A stretch of DNA of 64,000 bases from Azolla caroliniana (lineage: Eukaryota; Plantae; Polypodiophyta): NCBI GenBank assembly GCA_043228905.1, contig JBHGNT010000013.1, positions 868,001 through 932,000 on the forward strand, in the 5' to 3' direction. A program made the position numbers and the translations under genes. The notes beneath the pieces were generated by a model, which had not been told where the DNA came from, made no database searches, and saw only the letters and a program-made list of their open reading frames with translations. Shown here piece by piece: positions 1 to 12,424 of this stretch. Within the stretch, counting starts at the first letter, position 1. Every line of letters begins with the position of its first letter.

Positions 1-162
1 TCTTCGTATGACCAGGCGAACACATTGCGAAATTCCGTAAGAAGTGTGATCATCGCCGTTTTGTCTTCAGACTTCATCTCCTTGGCGATGTGCACCGGTT
101 TTGCTTCGTCCGTGGTCCCTAGGTTCACCTCTTCAAGTTGCTGTGAAACGGCCATTTCCCGT

Positions 163-702
163 TGTCGCGTAGTTACGCGCGTGCGTGTAGAAGGGGTGAG
201 ACCACAGGGGTCTTGGACTAGGGAGTGGAGGAGAAAGAATAGGACATGATATGGAGGCTTAGCTCAAGAGGAGAAGAGGAAAGAATAAGACCACGACATA
301 GAAGGAGAGATCGGCGGAGGCAAGATGTTCAACAAGTTATGTTAAAACAACGAATGGTTACAACAATGGTGGCTGCCATGGCCGCACTAAAAATGACTAT
401 CTGCAAACCCTCAAGGAAAACCCAAGAAGAAAGACTAACCGAAACCCTAACCCTAAAACGAAATGGGAAGAAGGAGAACCCTAGACTAAGTGGTATACCT
501 TACTCACACAAAATAGGCAACCCTTCATAAGTGACCCCTCCCTTCCTTTTATAGTCCAAGGAGGGAGGGACCTTACAATGTGGGATAAAATTTCCCCTCT
601 CTTTCTATACACCATATCCTAGTTTACATGTGCACATGTAGCACACCACCGACTTGGCCTCCCCACCCCGGTTTCCGCCTATGGACGAAATTCTTCACGA
701 CA
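163..702 (-). mobile_element. Solo LTR of a B-type gypsy family inserted in A1 pol
   Basis: TGTCG...CGACA termini. Its minus-strand start TGTCGTGAAGAATTT resembles the B LTR start TGTCGTGAAGATTTT. 4-bp TSD CCGT (159-162/703-706). Removing it restores the A sequence ccatttcccgttccaacg seen in A2. TATA-like ctataaaag on the minus strand near 550. Confidence 0.85.
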
Positions 703-3545
703 CCGTTCCAACGCTTCCTGCGCCAACCGTAACTCCCGGATTGCGTCTTCATCCGGTTCTGCTTCAGCCTCTTCCGACTGCGGTAAGTATGGTGCTACTG
801 CTTCAGCAATGTCAATCTCGAAGAGGGGTATGATCTTCGGGTTTTCCTGCAAGTAATGAGCTTCTTCTTCGTTAGCTAATCCTTCTAGCATGTTGCGCAC
901 TCTGCATACAACGGTGTACATTCCTTGCCAGTGCTCGTCCTTGGCTGTGTTGGTACCCGTACCTTGGCTTTTCCTCGCCGGAAGGTAATTATATTTTTCC
1001 TCCAATTCTGTTTGATATGTGTCGTTTTTAACCACGGCCGCCCTAGTAATAGCGGGTATGCACCTTGTGCCTGTAATTGTAGCACTACTGTCGAGATATG
1101 AAATGTATGACCGCCCACAGTGACTTCTAATTTCCGTATTAATTCTGTCGGCCGCACTGAGCTTGTATCGGCCATCCGTAACCAGAACGGACACGGCTCC
1201 CACTCATGGATTCCCAGGGCATCACACGTCCAGAGGCTTATTACATTCACCTCGGAGCCTCCGTCTCTAACTATGCCGGGGAGTTCTTTCCCTTTTACAA
1301 TGGCGGTGATAACCGGACTGTTGGTGTCCACCACAGTTGGTCCTTCCTCTGGGTTCGAGAAGAGTATTGGTGCTGGTGATGATTCTCCTGCCGTCATGGC
1401 CGTCTTCAGTCCTTCCGTGAATCTTGGCACGAGCTGTAGGAGTCTTCCTAGTGGCAGCGTAATCTGGCATTCTTGCAACGCCTGCCATATCTCGTTCTCG
1501 GAGTGACTGCCGCCGGCAAGCCCTACGGTGTTCTCCTTTTGCCGTTGTAAGTCTGTGACATTCTGCTCGTTTGCTTTCTTTACCCATTCTGTCGCTTGCT
1601 TCTGGATGGTCTCCTGTGTCTCCCATTCCTTGACCATGCCCTTCGACCTTGTGGTCACCTGCTGCAAATCTGCCACCTCAGGGACTACCATATTTACTGT
1701 CGGTCGTCTTTCATAGCTCTTCACCGGGCATTGATTACTATAATGGCCTTCCTGTCGGCAGTAGTAGCAGTAGGCTTTCCGGGTATTGCTGGATTCGGCA
1801 TTGTCTGTTGTACCCGAGGCCGGTCCTGTGGTAAGCGCGGGGTTTTGGGCCGGTTGGCTGCTTGAAGCTCCTTGTTCCGAATCCCGTGGGTAGCCGCCTT
1901 TTTTGAAATGCCGTTTTTTGTTATAGTTCTTCTTATTGCGGTACTCTTGACGAGGTTGCTCGTTATATCAGCCATATTCCTCTCGTTGCTGACGATACCC
2001 AGGGGAGTGCTCCCGGTCGTAATGTTCGTATCGTCTATTGTAATCCCGGTACTGATCATATCTATCATGCCGGTCATAGTTATCTCGCCGATCACCGTAC
2101 CAGACATCATTCTCCCGTCGATCGCCATACCGGACATCCTGTGTCGGTTAGTCGCGGTCCATCCGCCGCCAGCGTTCCTCTTCTTCATCCCGGCTACTGC
2201 GTGGCTCTATTTGTCGGACGGGCGGTGCTTGCCGGTTCAATAGATTATACTCGCCCCTATCCGTCGTATGGCCCTTGGATTGACAAATGACACATTGCGT
2301 CCTCATAGTGCATTCTACTGCCGAGTGTCCGGAAATCAAGCAGGTTGTGCACTGTATTGCTTGCTGAAACCGAAGGTCTTCATCAGACGGTAACGCTCGT
2401 TGGAGTGCTCCCAGTGTGAGGCAGGAGCTTGTCTTTTCCATCTCTCTCACCCGGTCAATGACCTGGTCGATGGTACTTGTGCGGAAGTCAATTACCGTGC
2501 AAACCGTGCGTAGGGGTTCCCGGAGCGCATTTAGGAATATAGTCCGTAATTCCTCCTCTGGGGGTGCGCGGGCAAGCTGACTATGCATTCGTTGAAACCG
2601 GATGACAAAGTGGGGAATGCTCTCCCCAGCCTCCTGTCGGATGGTATAAAATAAGCCCACCATTACTGTCTGGTCCAACTCCTTTTGGAAAAATTGCAAG
2701 AATTTAGCTTTTAAATCTGCGAAGGTGGTGATGGTAGACGGGTCCTGCGTCCGGCGCCATCTTGTTGTCGGTCCCTCCAATGTGACGCCAAATTCTTCTA
2801 TCTTAGAGCGTTCCTCTTCTTCCGGGGTCAATCGTTGGGACACATGGTTTGCTTCCCTTGTCTGTTCAAAGGCGTGAACATGAGCTTCCGCATCCGGATC
2901 ATCTCTATACTTGGAGTACTGGAACGGCATGTCGTCGTCCGGTATCGGTGCGCGGGCTAGCAGTGTTGGTGGTCATTCCAGGATTTTCTCCGGCGTCGGT
3001 GGTCTTTCCTAATTTGTTTGCGTCGGTGGTCTTTCCTCTTCTTTTGGTGACGGAGGCCTCTCCTCTTCGACTTCCGGTGTCGGAGGTCGCTCTTCCTCTG
3101 CTGGCTCCGGAGGTTCCAACCTTAGCACTTCTGGTTCCAGTGTCGGTAAGGTGTCCGATCCTTCGTCCTCCGGTCTGCCCGGGGTTTCGTTGTTGTTACG
3201 GTAGTTTGTGTGCACATTGTATTCCCCTTCGGAATCTGATTCATACGCTGAAAAGGCTTCTGCTTCGCCTTCTCCATTTGCCAACGCCTGGAGAAGGGAT
3301 TCGGTTTCCCGGAGGCTGCTTAGGCTGCTGCCGTCGTCCAGGTGCAATGTTTGTTGTAACCAGAGGGAGTCCTCCGCTACTCTCCGGATTACGTTGGAAA
3401 ACGAGCGATCCACTCTAATTTCCTGCGCCGCTTGCTGGAAAGCCTCACGTCTCCTTGGCCTTTCGGCAAGGCGTCGAGTTCGATCTGTAACCAAGTCGTG
3501 CGTTGATCTAGTCATCCATCCATGCCGTCGTTCGTTGCAAAAACA

Positions 3546-3562
3546 TCCCATCGTGGTCGCCA
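3546..3562 (-). promoter_or_regulatory. Primer binding site of A1, TGGCGACCACGATGGGA (tRNA-Arg-like)
   Basis: TGG-initiated motif 7 nt after the LTR end; same core at 23728 in A2. The tRNA-Arg(UCG) assignment is from recollection of plant tRNA 3' ends. Confidence 0.75.
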
Positions 3563-3569
3563 AAAACTG

Positions 3570-3987
3570 TGTTAACTCTTAGGGCCGGACAATGGCCTAA
3601 CATAGGGTGTCTACGGAAGACACTTCACCAAAGGGTGTTACGGCAACAGGATTAGACTCAATGATTAATCCGACTTAATTAAGTTACTCAGCAAGATCGT
3701 CCTTAATATTCACACGCGTAAGATATAACAATGAATGCAAAACGGCAATTAACACAGAGAGATAACAACACTAAGCTTTATTACTTAACCGTTGTTCATT
3801 ACATTGTATCCGGGCCTTTAAATAGGTTTCCGGTCTGTATTACAAAACGGTGCCATCCGCACCTGTTCGGGATCGGTCTGATTCCGGTCCGTCCGTCCAC
3901 ACTCATAGCTTACCTACAACCATTCCTACTAATTAAATAACTCCTCGTTTCACACTCTGGACTCCTTTGCCGGCCGGGCCGGTAACA
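3570..3987 (-). repeat. 5' LTR of A1
   Basis: TGTTACCGG...GTTAACA on the minus strand; homologous to the A2 LTRs at 23317-23720 and 32723-33158. Confidence 0.92.
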
Positions 3988-4174
3988 TTGACTTTGCTTT
4001 GTTCGACTCTTGTTGAATCGGCTTTGTCATTGATGACTTTGTCTTCGAGTTCAACAATTTGACCTATTACCGATTCGGAGTTGGCAGGTATATTATTGTC
4101 TTGTTCGAGTTCGATTGTTTGTCAAGTCTCTGAGTCGGCCAGGTGGATTGGTCTTTCTATCACAACTCTGTCGT
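3988..4174 (-). pseudogene. Host Ty1/copia element E, integrase-RT linker fragment
   Basis: With B1 removed, it reads in frame with 22758+ (FNEDSIFSQ...RVSFEDDRVVIERPIHLADSE). Confidence 0.7.
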
Positions 4175-5359
4175 TGTAGTGAAGATTTTTGGAAACGGTG
4201 TGAAAATTGTATGGAATGTACAAAATCAACTGTGGTTCTTCACACACAATATGAAACAATAATAGTGAAGATACTATTTTATATTAGTTTAATATCTTGG
4301 TACGAAAAGATGGATGTCTTCAAGAGCTTCCAAATGTATTTTTTTACATTTGAAACGGACAACTAAATGTCAAGTTATGTGAGTGTGAAGTTTGAGAAGA
4401 AAAAGAGAAAAAAAAACTATGAGATATCCCACATAGATCGGAGAAATCCAAATCCCATAGTATATAAGCAAAGCTAGAACTTATTACCTTTTGTTTATGT
4501 GTGGAGCATAGAATGTTCAAGGTGACTTGGGCTAAACTATTTGGATGGATGGATGTGGCTTAATTACTCGTAATGTCTGGTTTTGGAGAACGGGACCGGA
4601 CGGACGGCGACGGAACGTATCCCGGAACCAAAACTGGACGGACGGCGACAGAACGTATCGGATGCGGATGGAACCAATCGGTACAGACGGATCGGTCAAA
4701 TAGGTTGATCGCGACACACAGTGTCTTAAAGATTTTTCGGTGTGAAAAGAACAAAATTTTCTAATAGTTCCATCGGTTCATTGGAGGTCAACTGAAGGTG
4801 TAATATGCAGTTAAACATTTGTAAATACAAGACTAAAGCCTTGTAAAATTTTGTGTTTATGGGGTGTAACTAAGAATTGAACCTTGCACCTCCTAGACAA
4901 GAGACAAATGACTTACCACTAAGCTAAGTCATGACTTCAAAGTTATACTTTTATCATTGTATAACTCTTTTCATATGTAAAATCTCATACATGAGCTTAG
5001 ATGAGTGACATGGAAAACATGCATCGCATGCATTACGTGCATGTCTTGCACCTTCCCATGCATCATATGCATGGGGGTATCTATAAAAGAATGGAGGTCA
5101 AGCAAGATGACAGTAATGAAGAAATTGGGAAGAAATTAATATAATAATAATAAACAAGTTATCCTAATGGTGATGTATCTTGTCTCTCAAATCTAAAGTC
5201 AAGCGTTCAATCTTTATCTCAATCTCTTTCTCCATATCAATCTCTCTCAATTCTTAAATACTTTCTCTTTAAAGCTAGTACAAACTTTGAATCCTTCTGG
5301 TCCAAGACCCCGGCGGTTCCGCCTCACGATTCGCACATAGTGACGGATTTTTCACGACA
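4175..5359 (+). repeat. B1 5' LTR
   Basis: Direct repeat of 21614-22757; TATA-like ctataaaag at ~5081. Confidence 0.92.
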
Positions 5360-6818
5360 TAGTTATGTTGTCAACCCGACGTGAAAGAGGCAGTAGGAAG
5401 GATCAAGTCGAGGATTGACCGATACTTGGAGATGACATCCTCAAGAAATTAAGCAGGAGAGTTCGAAAGGATGGTGCTAATCGTCGAAGAAATGATGAGA
5501 TCTCAGGACAACGATGTGAGCGTGGAGAAGGCTATCGACCATGTCATGGAGCTCGAGGGTCAATTTGACGAAAGGAACATTACGAAGTTACTTGATGAAT
5601 ATTGAAGGGAGATGAATCAGAGGGACGTGTCTGAAGCACGTCAAATCACAAGTTCAAGAGAGTGGTCGCCAACAACATCCAAAGGCGCATCATCGAGCTT
5701 CAAGAAGGGAAGACAACGTGGTTGGAGTTCGAGAAAACAATATTAGCGGAGTTCACGATGGAAGATTTGTCGAGGATGACCCGACATACCTTGATGAAGT
5801 GGATAGAGAAGAAAAATAAGAAGATGAGACCCTCGAGGGTGTACAATGAGTTCGACCAAATGTTCAGTCGTCTCCCCAACACGAACCAAGTGCTGCTTGA
5901 GGAGGATAAGACTTTGTACTTCTTGAATGTTCTGGATATGAAGGATAGACGAGAATTAGGGACTCTTCTTGAAGATGATACCCAAGCAAACGGGATTGTG
6001 GTAGACTGGATTGTAGTTAAGCGGGTGTGCATTAGGCTCAACAAGCGTCGTCAGTGGGTTGATGACACAGACTTGGCAGGATCGACCGGGGAGAAAACAA
6101 GACAACCGAAAATAGTTGAGTCACCCAAACAAAGTAACCCAGAAGAAAAGAAGATTGATGATGACATCATCAAAGAACTGGCGAAGAAGTTCGAGATGGT
6201 CATGTTGTTGTGAAGATTTTCGGCAACGGTGTGAAATTTGTGTGCAACGAACGAAATCGAGAAGGTGCAATGTGCGTGTGTGAAAGGGGTGAAGGCCACA
6301 CACATATGTTAGCATGTTGTAAATAGGACTGAAATGAGAATCGTAAAAGAAAAGCTAGATGTAAAGTTAAACATGTGCACGTGTGATGTGCGCTCAATTG
6401 TAAATATAAAAAATAAGACGAAAGCCTAGTAACATCTAACTGCATACATAGGGTGGAAGCAAGGCTTGAACCTTGCACCTCCAAGAAAGGAGACAAATTA
6501 ACTTACCACTAAAGCCACTACTGAGTGCTGTAGAAATTGTATATTTTCTTTTCATATTCAATATTTTGTAGGAAGCAAACATATAGAAATCGTGGGCGCA
6601 AAACCATGGTTTTAGCTCGTGGTTTCAGCCCATGGTTTTAGCCTGTGGGTTTAGTCCATGGTTTTTACATGGAGAGACCTATAAAAGCCTATAGTTGGGG
6701 TTGTGTAAGGGGGAAGTGATGTAAGTAAAAAACAAAACTTTTAATGAAAGATCTGAGTTATCCTAATGGTGATGTATCTTGTCTCGTAAAACTAAAGTCA
6801 AGGGTTCAATTTCTATCT

Positions 6819-6849
<31 letters not shown>

Positions 6850-7033
6850 TCATCCATCCATCTATCTTCAATATTTTCTCGCTTACGTTGCTAAAAACAT
6901 CAAATCCTTCCGGTCCAGGACCCCGATGGTCCCGCTTCATTTCACGAACACGCGAGAATTTCCTCGACATCATACTTGGTAAACCCAACATGAAAAAGCG
7001 GTAGGAAGGATCAAGAAGAGGATCGACCAATAC

Positions 7034-8297
7034 TTGGAGATAGCATCCTCACGCAATCAAGTGGGAGAGTTCAAAAGAATGATGATAATCTTCGAGCAAA
7101 TGATGAGATCTCGGGACAACAATGCGAGCGTGGAGAAGGCCATCAACCGTGTCGTGGAGGTCGAGGGTCAATTTGATGGAAGGAACATTATGAAGTTCCT
7201 GGATGTATACAAAAGGGATATGAATCAAAGGGACGTGTCTGAAGCATGTCAAATCTCGAGTTTCAAGCGAGTTGCTGCCAACAACGTCGAAAGGCAAGTC
7301 ATCGAGCTTCAAGAAAGGAAGACAACGTGGTCAGAGTTTGAAAGAGCAATTGGAGATAGCATCCTCACGCAATCAAGTGGGAGAGTTCAAAAGAATGATG
7401 ATAATCTTCGAGCAAATGATGAGATCTCGGGACAACGATGCGAGCGTGGAGAAGGCCATCAACCGTGTCGTGGAGGTCGAGGGTCAATTTGATGGAAGGA
7501 ACATTATGAAGTTCCTGGATGTATACAAAAGGGATATGAATCAAAGGGACGTGTCTGAAGCACGTCAAATCTCGAGTTTCAAGCGAGTTGCTGCCAACAA
7601 CGTCGAAAGGCAAGTCATCGAGCTTCAAGAAAGGAAGACAACGTGGTCAGAGTTTGAAAGAGTAATTGGAGATAGCATCCTCATGCAATCAAGTGGGAGA
7701 GTTCAAAAGAATGATGATAATCTTCGAGCAAATGATGAGATCTCGGGACAACGATGCGAGCGTGGAGAAGGCCATCAACCGTGTCGTGGAGGTCGAGGGT
7801 CAATTTGATGGAAGGAACATTATGAAGTTCCTGGATGTATACAAAAGGGATATGAATCAAAGGGACGTGTCTGAAGCACGTCAAATCTCGAGTTTCAAGC
7901 GAGTTGCTGCCAACAACGTCGAAAGGCAAGTCATCGAGCTTCAAGAAAGGAAGACAACGTGGTCAGAGTTTGAAAGAGTAATTGGAGATAGCATCCTCAT
8001 GCAATCAAGTGGGAGAGTTCAAAAGAATGATGATAATCTTCGAGCAAATGATGAGATCTCGGGACAACGATGCGAGCGTGGAGAAGGCCATCAACCGTGT
8101 CGTGGAGGTCGAGGGTCAATTTGATGGAAGGAACATTATGAAGTTCCTGGATGTATACAAAAGGGATATGAATCAAAGGGACGTGTCTGAAGCACGTCAA
8201 ATCTCGAGTTTCAAGCGAGTTGCTGCCAACAACGTCGAAAGGCAAGTCATCGAGCTTCAAGAAAGGAAGACAACGTGGTCAGAGTTTGAAAGAGCAA
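7034..8297 (+). repeat. Four tandem 316-bp copies of the gag 5' segment in B2
   Basis: Units start at 7034, 7350, 7666 and 7982 (ttggagatagcatcc) and differ by a few substitutions; ORF track shows repeated translations. Confidence 0.97.
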
Positions 8298-9384
8298 TAT
8301 TACCGGAGCTCACGATGGAAGATTTGTCGAGGATGACTCAACATGTCTTGATGAAATTCATAGAGAAGAAAAATAAGAAGATGAGCACCTCGAGGGTATA
8401 CAACGAGTTTGACCAGATGTTTCGTCGTCTTCCCGCCACAGACCAAGTGCTACTTGAGGAGGACAAAACTTTGTACTTCCTAAAGGTTGTGAATATGAAG
8501 GATAGACGAGAACTAGGAACTCTCCTTGAAGATAATACCCAAGCAAACAGGCTTGTGGCGGACTGGGTTGCGGTGAAGCGAGCATGCAACAAGATCGACA
8601 AGCGTCATCAATGGCTTGATGAAATGTACTTGGTAAGGCCAAGCATAGAAATATCAAGACCCGCGTATCGTCCAGGTAGTTGGAGAGTGGAAAATCACCT
8701 TTGTGATCACGCCAGGTAGTGTTGAGGTCGCTAAGGCGAGGCTTCTGTCGCGCGCGGTCCTCTGCCTAGCGTGTGATGGACCTTGTGATTGGCCGGTCTA
8801 GTCATGTTGGTTCTCAGGGGCGTCTGTGGCTAAACATCTATTCGTTGTTGTTTGTCCGTGAGAAGACACAGATCACCAAGCGTGCCAAAAGTGTTGCCGA
8901 TTAGGAACACGGTCTACGGTCAGTCCTTCGACCTAGACCTCCAAGTGACTGTGAGACAACGAACGGTGGCGTCTGTGCGTAATACGTAGGGGAATGTTCC
9001 CCGTAACCTAGCCGCATATAAGGGAGACGGCTACAACCAAACTCCTTAATAGTGGCTACACACTCACGTCGCTTACTTCTACACTCTTAGGTATTACAAA
9101 CACACAGTATATTAGTCGTAGCTATACACAGATATCAGAGAAGATAGAATTCTATTACGATACGCTTCTTTACATTCCAAAATTACACGCTACCTCTATC
9201 AGAGGTTTTCTGCCCTTTATATACGCAGGGTCTTTTAGCCGTTCACGCTTCCCCTGTGAACCGTTACATGCGTTACAATCTATATTATTCCCTATTCCTG
9301 CGCTCTTGTCCGTCGGTTACTATTCCGGCGGACAACACCTGGCACGCCTGTGGGACAGTGCCATGGCACGTCGGACCCATCCCG

Positions 9385-12265
9385 TTAATCTTCTTCCAAA
9401 ATGGCCCGGATGTTTGGCTCTGCTACGGTGTCCGCGTCCGGAGACGACATAGGGCCCGTAGGTGCATCGTGGTGTGGTTCCCCTGTTTGGTCGGGAGGGC
9501 TTCTCCTGGTGTCGCGATCGTCCTATGTGGGCGGTTCGGGTACTATGGGCTCTTCTTGGGCTAGGGAGTTGGGCTCAACCGTCGTCGGGCGTGCATTCCG
9601 TCGCGGCTCTATCTTATCCTTCATTTCCTCCGTGGTGTCGGCCGTCGTTGTACGCTCCGGGGAGTGGGGTTGCAGTTCTGCTTGGTCCGCAACATTCTCC
9701 ATGTGGTCGACCGATAGCGTATGCTCCTGTAGATGGGGTTCCTCTTGGGCAGCGGTTTTGCTGTCTGGTAATGTGGGGGACTCTGCTCATCATTCCACGA
9801 TGTTCACCGCCGTTGTAATTTCTGGTGACCTGGCCTGAGGTTCCTCTTCTTCGGCAGTGCCCGGGATTGGCGTCGCGATGGATTCCTCATTTGTTCGCGT
9901 GTTGCCGGGTTGTGTGATCTGGTGAAATAGCTCCTCTTGGCTTTCACCAAAATCATCTAAGAGTTGCGCGAGTTCTTCGGAATGTTGGTCAGCTAACGCG
10001 CGATAGTCTTGCGCTAGGTCCTCGCGTACTGCCGCAATGCTCTCCTCATTGAGTTTATAGAAACCTCGGCCGTCTTTTCGCTGGTTCTCCCAGTCTGCAT
10101 GATACGCGTGCAATTCCGCTGCTTGGGCTGCCCACACCATCCATCCTTTCTCTAGCGTCGTTTTCAATTGCGATGTGAATCTCTCCCGATTTGTTTGTAG
10201 AAGAATACGCACGTTGTCTGTGATGGCCTGGCAACGGTTGCGTGCTTCTTCCACCGACTTCTTGAGGTTTGCAATTTCTTGCTAACTAACCGTCGTCGCT
10301 TCTTCGTACGTGGTCTTCAGGCCCACCCACAACTGGGATTCCCTTGCATGGAGTTCTTCTAATTTCCCCATTTCATTGTTTAGGAGGATTTCGAGCTGAT
10401 GCCTTCTTTCCTGTTCGCCCACCAGCTACTCGTCGAACCATACCTTCTTTTTCTCCAATAAGGTCCGGAGTCCCGCAATTGCCGCCTCCGATTTCTTCGC
10501 TTCCTCCCGTAATTGGGCGCTTTCAACTTTTGTCCTGTTGTGTTGTGTTGCCTCTGCAACAAGTTTCTCTTCAAGGGTTTTTATTGCCTTCCGGTCGTTG
10601 GCCCTGATCTCCTTTTCCCTATCTGAGGATTGGTGCAGTTCAGCTCGAAGGCGGTCAATTTCTGATTCCGCTAGTTGTATGGCCCTTTTTGCTTTTGAGG
10701 CAATGGTGGTCTGAGCCTCAATCTCTTCCTTCAAGGCATCGATGGCGTGGTTTGGTGGTGGAGTTGCTTGTTGCACCGTAGTCGTGTTAGTTTCCAACTC
10801 CGCGATGCGTTCGTTGGCATTTTGCAGCTCGGCTTGGGTCAGTTCCACCTTCTTCCAGACATTCTTATTTTTAATCGCCATCTCCTTGGCGCCCGTGCTG
10901 ACCTTTGCCAATTCCCTATGGACTTTTACTAGGGCCATGTTTAATGGGGGTAGCTCCATCCCCACTCGGCGTATACCGGCGTTCCTCTGTCTGCCGACTC
11001 TGGCTAGTCGGTCCTCATCGTCGCTCTCCGCGTTTGAGTTAGGGCGCGCTTGATCATCTGGCGCTCCGCGTGCTCCTTGGCCATTTGTTGTGAGGCCTTT
11101 ATCTGTTGCGTTGCCAAGAATTCCATGAGCTCAAAAGAGGTTCCGAACTACAAGAGGGCGCTGAACTCATGGGCCGTGTCCGGGATATCTGGATATGCCA
11201 AAACCTCGCTTTCCACCGTCAATACGGCTTTCCCTCATTGTGACTGGGCCATAATGATCGGTCGTGGCTCCCGGATGATTTCGAAGGTGGTGTTGGGCTC
11301 CGTAGTTGCGGAGCCATCGCCTTTGGTCGTTGTCTTTGCCACCGTGGGGATGTCTTTAACTAATCCCCGCCCATCTTTCCTGTCCAACCTCCGCTATTTC
11401 GGTCTAGGGCTATCCTACCGTGTTTCGGCATCTAGCTCTGGGGCTGCTTCCGCGGAGCGCGCCAACTGCTCTTCCTGCGTTGTCTATGTGTCTGGCTGGG
11501 CGGGTTGGCATTCCTCTTCCCACTCTACAGCAGCTAACTCCGCTAACCTGCACTTCGTGGATCGGGGCGGAGGCGTGGGTCTACTGGGCTGCAGTGTCGG
11601 CAGGCCTCGGGGTGGGAATAGCACCATCAGGTACTGTTGTATGATCGGCCCGTGATGACCCCCCAATTGACCGCATGCCCTTCAAAGGTATCAATAATGA
11701 TACCCGCCTTCTGCTTGGGCATCCCATATGCGTTGACGTGTACGTATCCGACCTCTAATAGGAACTTGGCGACTTCACGGAAGAAGGGATCTGGGATCTG
11801 CTTCGTTCTATAGGCCTTGGCGGAGGAGGAATATGGACCGAAATATCTCTGCAGCGCCTCTGTAGGAGGGATTTCGAAATGCCTCTCGCCTAGTGATGAC
11901 AGGTCCAACTTTTTTCGGATGGAAGAGTTGGTGACCGTGTCGATATTAAGCTTTCTGGCGATGTCCATCGCATCCGGGTGTGGAGGTGCTTCTGCAACCC
12001 GGATGTACCCATCCAGGCGTTTCTCCATGAGCCATCGCCATAAGGCGGTATAGATAAAGATCGGCATCTCCAGAGTAGGCTCGTGGGGAGGAGACTGGTG
12101 GTTGCAGTGGGTTGGAGCTCTGTGAGAGGATGGAGGAGAAGGTGAGGGAGGGGAGCGATGAGAGCGCTGAGAGCGCTGAGAGTTAGGAGGTGAGTTTTTG
12201 TTTTGTGCAGAAGATCTTCTATTTCCTTCTTTTTGTGGCCTAGGGTTCATTGGGCGGTGAGCCAT
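9385..12265 (-). pseudogene. Extra ORF downstream of pol in element C (conserved N-terminal domain, linker, coiled coil), disrupted
   Basis: ORF pieces 11627-12265, 10426-10965 and 9790-10254 align by eye with the A2 extra ORF (RYFGxYS..KxYRT; MP..AG.II.T.EG..V.W; W..WA..A.EL...AD..N.RK.G...Y.L). Confidence 0.8.
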
Positions 12266-12424
12266 CGTGGTGCCGCGTGTTCTTGATCTAGGAGTCTATG
12301 CATGCATTCAGTCCTTTTTTCTTTAATAGCGTCGCTATCTTCTCTTTCTTTCTTTTTCTGTTTTTTTTTCTTAACGGTTACATACAACCTATTTTTACAT
12401 TATGATACAAGTGGGGCCGTCCAC

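Larger units (their letters stand above)
1..3987 (-). mobile_element. Ty3/gypsy LTR retrotransposon family A, copy A1 (5' LTR, PBS, gag, protease; runs off the window start)
   Basis: Reverse-complement homolog of 23317-26760. Gag motifs FQYSKYRDDPDAEAH and CxxC-H-C knuckles (ORF 2148-2930). Protease region 'IVRDGGSEVNVIS' (ORF 885-1724). Frameshifts and stops present. Confidence 0.93.

Noticed and set aside
163-702. ORFs 25-249 and 246-530 as genes, and a tRNA-like module in the solo LTR
   Set aside because: The ORFs are incidental frames across pol antisense and LTR sequence; no A/B boxes were found in this LTR.
4860-4935. A genuine tRNA gene
   Set aside because: The acceptor and anticodon stems do not pair convincingly; only the A/B boxes and a T-arm-like part are retained, so it is reported as a tRNA-like module only.
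6695-6990. Tf1-type self-priming complementarity between the B2 post-LTR sequence and the region after the TATA box
   Set aside because: Only a short gapped match (aagtgatg versus aagtatgatg), not reproduced in B1.
7034-8297. Regular repeat array as a CRISPR-like locus
   Set aside because: The units are contiguous 316-bp gag duplications without unique spacers, in a eukaryotic context.
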